Assembly: GCA_014799575.1 (NCBI GenBank) | Contig: JAAVHS010000027.1 | Span: forward strand, 24,539 to 88,538 | Source: Clostridiales bacterium | Lineage (GTDB): Bacteria; Bacillota; Clostridia; Christensenellales; UBA3700 | Direction of reading: 5' to 3' | DNA: 64,000 nucleotides | In this document: positions 57,301 to 64,000 of the stretch, in pieces | Layout: every line of letters begins with the position of its first letter | How positions within the stretch are numbered: position 1 is the stretch's first letter | Made by a program: the position numbers and the translations under genes | Notes under the pieces: model-generated | Told to the model about the DNA's origin: nothing | Seen by the model: only the letters and a program-made list of their open reading frames with translations | Databases searched by the model: none

Positions 57301-60063
57301 ACCAATTACAACGCTAAGGAACTTGCCGCAATTACTTTGACGGTATCAAAAGCGTCAAACGGTTGGCAAGACGGAAAAGCGCCGATAATCAACTCTTCTA
57401 CTAAGTGGGAGTGGAACAATTATTCCGACTCGGTATGGAAAGACGTCGCTACGAAATTCGGCGAATTGACTATACAAGTAAATGGAGAGGAAGTCGCTTA
57501 CTCGGCTGCGTCGCGTTATCTTTCGACGCTTGAAGTGGGCAACCATAAGATTAAGTTTATCGTTTACGAAACTGACAATTACAACGGATTTGAAGACGAA
57601 CGCTCCTTCTCGGTAATTCAAAACGTCAACGGTTGGAAGGACGGAGAGAAAGATACGACGGCGTACGTCGACGATTGGACGTGGGGCGAATACAACAACG
57701 GCTACGTAGGCTCTAGACATATTTGGGAGCAACCTGCGCCTAAATTCGGTACGTCTTATGCGGCGGTATATAAAGGTAAAGACGGCAAAGGCGGCGCGCT
57801 TATCGCGGAAAATATCGCATACTATTCGCTCGACCTTATTATGAACGGTCTTGACGCGGGTTCGTACTATATCATTTGGACAGTCGCCGAGGATAAGAAC
57901 TATAAGCCATTGACGCGCGAATATATCAACTTCGAAGTCAAAGTAAACGACAACAAGTGGTTGAGCGCTCCGATTATGCACGAGAATGACAAGAAAGCGT
58001 CGTCGGGCATTGACTACGGTTGGTCGTGGGGTACTTACGGCGAGGACGAAGGCGCATACTTTACCGTGCCTAAGGCGCGCTACGGTATCGTCGAGGCGAG
58101 GATAATGAAATCAAGAAATCCTAATACTTGGTCGCCTGAACTCGACGTTATTATCGAAGGTATTTCCAGCGAAGTCAACATTGACAATACGTTGAGTCGT
58201 TTGGACGTCGGACTGTATAAAATAGTTTGGACGGCAGCCGATCCTCAAAATACCGGCAACTATAAAGTAATTGAGACTGAAGCAATCGAATTTATCGTCA
58301 ATAGAGGTACTAATACTTGGACGGACGAAAATCCGCATATCGAAAGTTGGCAATGGGGCGCATACAGCGACGAGTTGTGGCAAGCTCCTACGCTTCAATC
58401 GGGCTATCCCAACGCAAGAGTAATCAAGTTGAACGACGATAATACGTACGGAGAAACCGTCATTCCAAAGAGTACTCCCGATTTGCTCGGCGCGCAACTT
58501 GCGCAACTCGAAGTAGGCAGATACCGTATTATTTGGACGGCGGAAGACGACGACAACTCCGAAATTACAGGCGAGAATCCCGAAGAACTTAATTTCGAAG
58601 TTTTGGTCAACAAAAACTCATGGGTAAGAAAGCCTGAAATTACTGCAAACGGCAAGCAATGGCAGTGGAATACGTTTACGCTCGAATATTGGCAAAGACC
58701 TATCGCTCAGTATTATGACGCAACAAGCGATACTCCGATAGCCGCGGCAGTTTATAGACTTAACGACGGTTGCGATTTTGAATATAATTTGTCCGGCAAC
58801 TGCATACTTGATCTCAACAAGTGCAGCCTAGTAGAGGGAATCACGTTGGCTACTATTGACGGAATCAACAATCTTTCCGTAGGCAAATATCTTATCAAAG
58901 TAAGCGTATCCAAGGATGACGTATACGGAAGATACTTGGGATTGGAAACGATATTGCCGTTTACCGTAGTCCCCAACGAAAATAGATTCACGTCCGATTT
59001 CTGTTACGTCAACGACTATGATTATTCTCAGTTCAGAGGATATTGGAGCGCTCCGACGGCGGAGTACGGATATATATCCGCGAGAGTTTATAAAGTTGTG
59101 AACGGCAATCGTGAATTGATAGCAGAATGCGGCACTGAGGAACTCAACGATGCGCTCAAAGACTTGCATACGGGTACTTACGCGCTCGATTGGACTATCG
59201 TAGCGGAGAACGATAATTATATCGGCGGACAAAAGATAACAAGCTACTTTGAAGTTGAGAAGGCTGACAACAACTGGACGCTTAGACCGACAATCAAAGA
59301 TTGGACTTGGGGTTCGTACGATTCTTCGATAGTTCCTATGGCTACGCCAGAATTCATCGGAAGCGAAGCGGTATACTTCAAGATTGTAGACGCATTTTAC
59401 GGCGAGATTGCTTCTTTCCGTGAGTATGCGGCAAGATTCAACGAGAATGCAAACGGATATTACAACGAAAACGGACTCGTGCTTACTCGCGACGGATATT
59501 TCACGAATATCGCAAACGTGGAAGAAGTGATCAAGAATCTTAAACCGGGCATTTATCATCTTTTGGCAATTTATCCCGAAATGGAAGATTACAAACGCCT
59601 TGATAAGAACAACGACCATATCTTCGATATTTATTACGCGGAGAACAAATGGGTTGAATTGCCTCAAATAGACAACTGGTTCTACGGCAGTCCCGCAAAT
59701 TTGCCTACCGCAAGTTCGGAATACGGTACGGTCAACTATACGTATTATAAAGCCGTATACGACCAAGCGCTTGGCAAATACCGCATAGACGGCGAAGCAA
59801 TTTCTACCGGAGAAAATCCGCCGGAGAAAGTAGGCAAGTATATTCTCGTAGCTCAAGCCGAAGCGGTAGACGGATACGGACCTTTGTATGCGGAAGTCTT
59901 CTTTGAGATTTACGACAAATACGGCATCACCGGCGTATCGGGTAATTTGCTCGTATGGATAAACATCGCTTTGGCGACGATAGCGTCAATAACAGCAGCA
60001 GTAATTATATACCAATTATTAAAAGCAAGGAGAAACAACAATGATGAAATTTTTAACGGATAA
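51361..60063 (+). CDS. giant (2900 aa) surface protein: N-terminal anchor, BspA-type LRRs, Ig-like modules, about a dozen Trp-rich modules, C-terminal TM
   Basis: Signal/anchor ILIILIAALVAIIAVGALLSL. LRR_5-like segments (LPNSVTKIAKN, AFYACDRLYDIALPDSVTSIGAGA, FTNCSKLVEIELPS). Recurrent N.W...P.I..W.WG.Y modules run from about nt 55530 to 59920. Terminal TM LLVWINIALATIASITAAVIIYQLL followed by KARRNNN. No LPXTG. Confidence 0.7.
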   Translation: MNTVNKKSTKSILIILIAALVAIIAVGALLSLPTRDNGERDIAVTQTDVIKLYKETPYIMAETDAKAKAYAAELGIPENQYNYASTSAMNIENGVWKSMGATDVIGKYVHLLLPNSVTKIAKNTSSTTGIPSVHWLSIKADEGSGLTEIEAGTGTGASVRGAFGGQGWLERVDLTRATKFTSLSAYAFYACDRLYDIALPDSVTSIGAGAISGKTLLHVSLPSGLGASGSGLNSAAFTNCSKLVEIELPSNADSTFVSKVQGMTSVTNTYLNVYKKGSGRSWLVRTNDGFVFCKNISRTSTLASGTGITTVSYTTGKWYMVGYQGAESGGDTVNAGEDYMIRLPEQVDLATNGVNRAGQFDYLDCSGNEIQNDFSDIATDSALGNNVSGRTIAGGSYTYDIGRYAFYYQWVQHVTIPDNIINVIGDYAFQFAPMWTFNLGNVDTIGANALVFSTKPVGLTFYLPSNNPKCAQNALNYGTADKPGDMPRLLVYRNYANYSSRATYSSGIYYAAYSTLRAGGGKFFTYLIDVVPNVGEYDASVAENYRYTAIDSEKMQRLYTGGLQNYNSGEIYADPFSFVRNSSDVWVKSTQTFPALTEYTGYTETNWFTSASCTTRYTETSVGISADVASLRNPSTSNRDVINMYARKIVLSSDLVDKERVYTDNVVVANSEEITGIPTEILNNYDIQITSYVDSSGVQKTLSNKSIQDAGVYTIQIKPNAAYGQWDAENVPTMTVTVNKARIDLGDYKIFRLGVTSDNEGQIVTNLRPGKEVSGETSATLYKYGGSWFTDLQTTLGTTPDETRTGLWNSFVRAEGDDIKFRLALVTPIIKDAHRSGDVFTCAFSNDEYSQSGEYRDFVNVQLTEAAKNNYSLTVTSDRDRGFIGAADDDTFTSATIYKTWFIVKLNNWLTMQGREGDDAPSYHVPTRWEFGTDPSTLNVGSDSSNQIKFQAPTVALGSSYASIGFVLELTSKNVIGGNGTLTISTSSDGVSTIPISDYYKYVNSSMPAGEYRIIFSVTFSGGEGSVYEPFQQSFSFTVYDKAFSDDEANAISALNQKVFEYDKNEVPKAYSDNKALFDFDKLDDPSGRLKDMLGMNTNTWGSTPRVGEWANTGYNSLFDSNFAVTYNLNRMWNNTYVSLEELIKDANYPMDNVDVYTVYYQLTCKNRESLVDAANDTRRDYCFYVVVYKTLTAPTVDDITYDGLENFPTVRYENGALASERSYYSVTYPNGQDNVNVNKASAKKKAILTISVDSYEISGIGSYNLYRFADEGDTPNNRKFTQTLQKEYNIVPAQNSTTVALYMSGWLWNSVITEDNIIWETRFGNDRENFTFTLVSTFEDEDGNIVEISDVNKFGAAPAGIYTLYATCAEEKIYGNWSEYTASITVTVNQAVNTWVRTPSISTWTWNQYENFDWNAAGAVSPIEIHAIPTYYTSSTVAEAGSGRFDFRIYSIDENATGNDRYKMVYFDDEETEFHFQYAIDEHGEFIKDGSHFVLPLDVAKKLAALPAGQYYLVATVYSANNYTGLNNTEASFLEGAVPFTIGSANNVWADTITTSDWTYSEFELDRNIYTGMAKYETELTYAIYDRNKTSVISVLGKQLKDIIDFTDVALTKDGKEYTYAELINMLGVGTYTITVHGDEASKNERNGVNYLAINDERRVTVNKAYNTLNQTYVLNNFTIGGDVDMTRYTARFDSDKVGYRISKGGFYVDDNLGTVRVSENPITYESSLTYEQLVEKIKQLASNRSGSNDYTIWYVTTGGENYSAQSDSEIFTVFLGQNDWLDGITPTMNGWTYDKTAHTFDKSSINLIHEIDDSLIEITYHDVIINEESGMQEVGQRLSGCPINTGTYYVRITVPTDEYYNEISIDLPFQISKADNDFKTLPQIKNNGWVYSNLSIDDIITGAAMNEENGMQIQFVVTGDVSGDDETPSVDFRYATMNIMLGNNVDQGNNEILLSAFYSRLNSLNVGAYKMRITLTESTNYNAKELAAITLTVSKASNGWQDGKAPIINSSTKWEWNNYSDSVWKDVATKFGELTIQVNGEEVAYSAASRYLSTLEVGNHKIKFIVYETDNYNGFEDERSFSVIQNVNGWKDGEKDTTAYVDDWTWGEYNNGYVGSRHIWEQPAPKFGTSYAAVYKGKDGKGGALIAENIAYYSLDLIMNGLDAGSYYIIWTVAEDKNYKPLTREYINFEVKVNDNKWLSAPIMHENDKKASSGIDYGWSWGTYGEDEGAYFTVPKARYGIVEARIMKSRNPNTWSPELDVIIEGISSEVNIDNTLSRLDVGLYKIVWTAADPQNTGNYKVIETEAIEFIVNRGTNTWTDENPHIESWQWGAYSDELWQAPTLQSGYPNARVIKLNDDNTYGETVIPKSTPDLLGAQLAQLEVGRYRIIWTAEDDDNSEITGENPEELNFEVLVNKNSWVRKPEITANGKQWQWNTFTLEYWQRPIAQYYDATSDTPIAAAVYRLNDGCDFEYNLSGNCILDLNKCSLVEGITLATIDGINNLSVGKYLIKVSVSKDDVYGRYLGLETILPFTVVPNENRFTSDFCYVNDYDYSQFRGYWSAPTAEYGYISARVYKVVNGNRELIAECGTEELNDALKDLHTGTYALDWTIVAENDNYIGGQKITSYFEVEKADNNWTLRPTIKDWTWGSYDSSIVPMATPEFIGSEAVYFKIVDAFYGEIASFREYAARFNENANGYYNENGLVLTRDGYFTNIANVEEVIKNLKPGIYHLLAIYPEMEDYKRLDKNNDHIFDIYYAENKWVELPQIDNWFYGSPANLPTASSEYGTVNYTYYKAVYDQALGKYRIDGEAISTGENPPEKVGKYILVAQAEAVDGYGPLYAEVFFEIYDKYGITGVSGNLLVWINIALATIASITAAVIIYQLLKARRNNNDEIFNG

Positions 60064-61672
60064 TGCATTGCTCGCAATAGACGTCAGCGAACCGTTACTT
60101 GTCGGATTTTTGGCAGTATTGGTTGTCCTGATAGTTTTGCTTACGGTATTATCGACAATGTATGCAGCGGGATGGAGAAGAAAGATGAGAGCGCGTCTCA
60201 GCAACGTGACGGCTGTCGTGGAATACGACAAGACCAAAGGTCAAATCACTTTGGCTGACGCTTCCGACGTTGAAAAGTCGATTTTCAAGTACGGCGAAAA
60301 CGTAAAGATTATCGTCAAGGCAGGCAAGGGACAGAAACTCGTTCGCCTTACGGTAGAAGCCAACGAGGGATATCTCTTTACCGTAAACGGTAAGGATAAA
60401 GAACTCGTAGACGGCGTATACGAATTCGTAATCAGCGCGGATACTAGAATTAAAGCGGAATTTGAGGCGATTACGGTAATTGAAACCGAGCAAAACGCGA
60501 TGGTATTGCCACAGCCTGAAATATTCGAAGTTACGACCAATTTTGACAACAATGGCGGTAGAGTAACTTTGACCAACGTTGCGGGAGAACAGAAGACGGC
60601 GTACGTCGCAGACGAAAAAATCAGAATTGCGGTATTTGCCAACGAAGGTTATTTCCTTGCAAGTCTTGCTATAAACGGCGAAGCAAAAGAGCCTGTTGAA
60701 GGCGTTTACGAAATCGTCATGGCAGGTCCTGTTACTGTAGATGCGAAGTTCGAGTTGATTCGCGTGCCTGTTACTTACGTCGTAGCCGTTGAAGCCAACG
60801 ATATGGGCAAGGTAATCGTAACCGACCCGTCGGGAGAAGAGTTGACCAAGTTTATCGAAAGCACTACCGTTAAAGTTACGGTTAAAGCCAACGACGGTTG
60901 CATGCTCGCTAAGTTCACCGTAAACGGCGAGGAGAAGGAACTAAAAGACGGCGTATATGAATTCGTAATCGAATCGGATATGAACGTCAACGCGCAATTT
61001 GAGGCTATTCCGACGCCGGAGCCGGAGCCTCAACCTGAACCCGAAATTGCGGTTGCCGATGCAGAGGATGAAGACGAAGACGAAGTTATCTTCGACGGTA
61101 TGAACGTAATCCGCTTCAACAAGAGCTTTACCGCAAAAGTAATTCAGCTTGACGAAGTGTCCAACGGCTGGTATACCGAATTGAAGAACGAACTTTTGTC
61201 CTATCAAAAGATAAAAGACAGAATGAGTTGGAAGCGCGAGAGCTACCGCTTTGGAAGACAGTGCATTGCGCGCTTTACTATCCGCGGTAAGACGCTTTGT
61301 CTACAACTTGCGCTCGATCCCAACAACTATATCGACACTAAGTACAAAGTCGAGGATATTTCGCATATCGCGTCCAGCGCAGATACGCCGTGTCTTTACA
61401 GAATTAAGAACGAGCGTCGCGTAGGCTATGCAAAAGACCTTATCGGCGAAATAATGCAAGGTCTCGGCGCAAAGCGTATCGACCGCGAAGAAGTAGATTA
61501 CTTCCAGCCTTACGACACGACCGCCAACCTCATTGAGCGTCAACTCGTCAAGAAGATTGTCAAATTCAACGGCGCAACGGGCTACGGCGGTATCGTCGAG
61601 AAGTTGACCGAAGACCCCAACAAGGCTAAGGAAGAGACCGATAAAGTCGAAGAAAATTCAGACAAGAAGTAA
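60041..61672 (+). CDS. single-pass membrane protein with three InlB-B-repeat-like modules and a C-terminal domain shared with the 2287-aa protein
   Basis: It overlaps the 3' end of the giant gene by 23 nt. TM LLVGFLAVLVVLIVLLTVLSTMYAAGW followed by RRKMRAR. Three ~85-aa repeats each end (D/E)GVYE(F/I)V...A(E/K/Q)FE(A/L)I. A PTPEPEPQPEPE linker and an acidic patch precede the terminal domain. Confidence 0.6.
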   Translation: MMKFLTDNALLAIDVSEPLLVGFLAVLVVLIVLLTVLSTMYAAGWRRKMRARLSNVTAVVEYDKTKGQITLADASDVEKSIFKYGENVKIIVKAGKGQKLVRLTVEANEGYLFTVNGKDKELVDGVYEFVISADTRIKAEFEAITVIETEQNAMVLPQPEIFEVTTNFDNNGGRVTLTNVAGEQKTAYVADEKIRIAVFANEGYFLASLAINGEAKEPVEGVYEIVMAGPVTVDAKFELIRVPVTYVVAVEANDMGKVIVTDPSGEELTKFIESTTVKVTVKANDGCMLAKFTVNGEEKELKDGVYEFVIESDMNVNAQFEAIPTPEPEPQPEPEIAVADAEDEDEDEVIFDGMNVIRFNKSFTAKVIQLDEVSNGWYTELKNELLSYQKIKDRMSWKRESYRFGRQCIARFTIRGKTLCLQLALDPNNYIDTKYKVEDISHIASSADTPCLYRIKNERRVGYAKDLIGEIMQGLGAKRIDREEVDYFQPYDTTANLIERQLVKKIVKFNGATGYGGIVEKLTEDPNKAKEETDKVEENSDKK

Positions 61673-61691
61673 TCGCATTACAGCGAATTAG

Positions 61692-61722
61692 AAAAAGACT
61701 TGCATCTTTGCAAGTCTTTTTT
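61692..61722 (+). terminator. rho-independent terminator
   Basis: AAAAAGACTTGCA-tctt-TGCAAGTCTTTTTT. Confidence 0.75.
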
Positions 61723-61735
61723 ACAGGGAGGCGTT

Positions 61736-62602
61736 ATGTGGATTTTTGTTGCCGTACTTTCTGCGGTGTTCGCGGGATTGACAGCGATACTTTCCAAATG
61801 CGGAATTAAAAAGGGCAATTCGGACGTTGAGATAGCCGTCCGTATTTCCGTCGTCTTTCTTTTTTCTTGGATTATCGTGCTTATTACGGGCGCGTACAAA
61901 TCCATTGCGGATATGAGTTCAAAAGCGCTTATTTCCATTCTCGTGTCGGGTTTTTCCACAGGCGCGTGTTGGATATGCTATTTCAAAGCGTTGTCAATAG
62001 GCGACGCGTCAAAGGTCGCAGCAGTGGACAAATCAAGCGTGGCATTGTCGGTCTTGCTCGCTATTATCATTTTCCCTGACGAACGCGCTCTTTGGTGGGT
62101 AAAACTCATTTGTCTTGCAGTGATTATTATTGGCACAATGCTAATGACGGATATTAAACGCGGCGACGACAAAAAGAAAATTGCGTGGCTAATTTTCGCG
62201 TTGCTTTCCGCAATATTTTCGACGGCGACTTCCTTGCTTGGCAAGATAGGCACGGAGGGTATTGATTCGGGCGCGGCGACAGCGTTAAGAACGTGCGTAA
62301 TTTTGGTAATGGCTTGGCTAATCGTGTTTTGCAAAAGAGAAGTCAAGTTTGTAAAGGAACTTGGCGGCAAAGAGATTTTATTTATCGTACTTTCGGGAAT
62401 TTCCACCGGCGCAAATTGGTTTTGCTATTACTACGCAATTCAGAAAGGACAGGTCAGCGTAGTCGTGCCTATTGATAAAATGAGCATACTCGTTACCGTT
62501 GTTTTCTCGCTAATAGTCTTCAAAGAAAAATTATCCGCAAAAGCGTGGATAGGATTTGTATTGCTGACGGCAGGTACAATTTGTATGGCGGTATTTACTT
62601 GA
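61736..62602 (+). CDS. EamA/DMT family transporter
   Basis: 288 aa from the ATG at 61736 (RBS AGGGAGG). It has ten hydrophobic segments in two similar halves, and the N-terminus MWIFVAVLSAVFAGLTAILSKCG is typical of EamA proteins. Confidence 0.75.
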   Translation: MWIFVAVLSAVFAGLTAILSKCGIKKGNSDVEIAVRISVVFLFSWIIVLITGAYKSIADMSSKALISILVSGFSTGACWICYFKALSIGDASKVAAVDKSSVALSVLLAIIIFPDERALWWVKLICLAVIIIGTMLMTDIKRGDDKKKIAWLIFALLSAIFSTATSLLGKIGTEGIDSGAATALRTCVILVMAWLIVFCKREVKFVKELGGKEILFIVLSGISTGANWFCYYYAIQKGQVSVVVPIDKMSILVTVVFSLIVFKEKLSAKAWIGFVLLTAGTICMAVFT

Positions 62603-62617
62603 CAATCAATCGACTGA

Positions 62618-63931
62618 TTAAACGGCTACCGTTACGGCAAGCCAAAGCCCAAGCAGAGCGGAGATAAGAGTAGGTATAGCGATTGTTATACCTATTTTCA
62701 AAAAGTCTACGTAGCGAAATTTTACGTCGTGCGCGTTGAGAATAGAACTCCACATAATACCTGCCAGCGCGCCAATCGGCGTGAACAGCGCTCCTAAATT
62801 AGAGCCTATTATCGTTGCGAACACAGCGGATATTCCTACCGCGCCGTTTGCGCTTTCGATTATCGACGAAAACAGTATGCTCATAGGTATGTTGTTGATA
62901 AGGTTTGACGCGAGGAATGACATAACTCCGTATTTCAATATCGATAAGTCAGAGCCTAGCAAATCGGCAATTTTTGCCGTGACGCCGTTTTCAGACAACG
63001 CGACAATCATCACGAACATAGACAGAGCGAACGGAATTAGTGGATAGGGTGCGCGCTTGAGAGCGCCAAAAAGAGCAATAGGCTTACGCTTGCGTACCAA
63101 CGCAAGTACAGCGGAGATTACCAAGAGACTGACAGCCATACAAAGCGAAATAAGCCACATTTCTAGGTTGATATAAGAACTTATCGCAAGCAGAACGGTG
63201 CAGACCACAAGATGAATTATGCCTACCCAAAGAGATAATTTGTCGTTGATTTCCACTTGCTCTACTTCCGCGCGCATAGGCTCGGAAAGTTTTTTGCGAA
63301 AGAGTAGGTAAAGCGCGACGAATGCCGTGACGCCTGCAAAAAGAGTGGGGATTATACTTATTTTCAAATAACTCGCAAAGTCAAGTCCGTAAGCCGTCGC
63401 CAAATAGATGTTGGTGGGGTTGCCGATTATCAAAGCCATACTCCAAGTGTTGGCTGCGACGAATTCAGCCGCGAGGTAAGGAATGGGATTGATTTTCGCG
63501 TTTTTTGCAAAGTAACAAATAAATGGCGTAAACGATAATATAATGACGTCGTTGGACGTAAAGACCGTCAATACGGATACGGTCAAGTAGAGATACAAAA
63601 ACAACTTCTTTTGCCCCGTACGCGCCCTTTTCAGCGTAGCGTTGGCAAGATAGCGAAAAAATCCCAACTCGTCCAAAAAGACGGACAGTACGGTCATAGA
63701 AATAAACAAAACGAGAATTTTCAAAGGATTGACGGAGTTGTCCGCGACAAGCGCGCTTCCCACGTTTCGAATATCGACCTGTCCGAAAATAAGCAAAATT
63801 GTAGCTCCGATAAGTGTAATTATCCAATACGTGTCCAACTTAATTTTTCCTATTTTCAGCCTAGGAAAAAATATTATGCTTGCAATCATCGCAAGACATG
63901 TAAAACAACAAATCAAAATAGAAGCCAACAT
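62618..63931 (-). CDS. ArsB/NhaD (citrate-transporter-like) superfamily permease
   Basis: 437-aa polytopic protein. The N-terminal pattern, the SNDVIILSFTP-like block and the IGSNLGALFTPIGALAG block are typical of this superfamily. Confidence 0.65.
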   Translation of the reverse strand: MLASILICCFTCLAMIASIIFFPRLKIGKIKLDTYWIITLIGATILLIFGQVDIRNVGSALVADNSVNPLKILVLFISMTVLSVFLDELGFFRYLANATLKRARTGQKKLFLYLYLTVSVLTVFTSNDVIILSFTPFICYFAKNAKINPIPYLAAEFVAANTWSMALIIGNPTNIYLATAYGLDFASYLKISIIPTLFAGVTAFVALYLLFRKKLSEPMRAEVEQVEINDKLSLWVGIIHLVVCTVLLAISSYINLEMWLISLCMAVSLLVISAVLALVRKRKPIALFGALKRAPYPLIPFALSMFVMIVALSENGVTAKIADLLGSDLSILKYGVMSFLASNLINNIPMSILFSSIIESANGAVGISAVFATIIGSNLGALFTPIGALAGIMWSSILNAHDVKFRYVDFLKIGITIAIPTLISALLGLWLAVTVAV

Positions 63932-64000
63932 ATATTATCTCGTGTACGATTAAGTCCTTTTTACGCCGCTACAATCTTAACAAATTAGACACTCCCAAAA

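Noticed and set aside
1-64000. Search for CRISPR arrays, rRNA genes, IS elements, transposases, integrases and prophage structural genes.
   Set aside because: I saw no regularly spaced direct repeats, no rRNA-like conserved stretches, and no DDE, tyrosine-recombinase or serine-recombinase motifs in any ORF.

Overview
This is a chromosomal segment from what looks like a spore-forming Firmicute of the Clostridia type. The supporting context is gpr divergent from rpsT, comEC-holA, cdaA, a yycJ-like gene with rlmH, a two-subunit Fe-S fumarase and a PPi-type PFK. Backbone GC is about 47% in a spot count of one 60-nt row. Most of the window is housekeeping: feoAB, plsC, ppa, comEC, holA, cdaA, an aspartokinase, a leuS-serS operon, pfp, rpsT and rlmH. 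Three things stand out. (1) An AT-rich accessory block of about 12 kb (10.5-22.6 kb, about 27% GC in a spot count) lies downstream of an intact tRNA-Leu(CAA). It is subdivided by degenerate copies of the tRNA 3' end and its terminator, and no integrase is visible. Part 1 carries a possibly leaderless HEPN-like gene plus a BcgI-like type IIB R-M system (RM fusion and S subunit). Part 2 carries vsr, a GC-rich stand-alone HNH gene, a 51-aa RHH ORF absent from the ORF track that sits behind three 8-bp iterons abutting a consensus promoter, and a LlaJI-like four-gene R-M cassette (two m5C methylases, a McrB-like GTPase, a PD-ExK subunit). (2) There are three very large TM-anchored surface proteins without LPXTG (935, 2287 and 2900 aa). 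The 2287-aa gene is preceded by perfect 21-bp inverted repeats around an 89-bp promoter-bearing segment, which is a candidate invertible switch. Its C-terminal domain recurs in a separate 543-aa protein translationally coupled to the 2900-aa gene, giving a fused-versus-split relationship. (3) A signal-less DUF11-repeat protein ends in a 13-cysteine tail and may be a spore-surface protein. I saw no rRNA, CRISPR array, transposase or integrase. All family assignments rest on motifs read by eye; no database search was possible.
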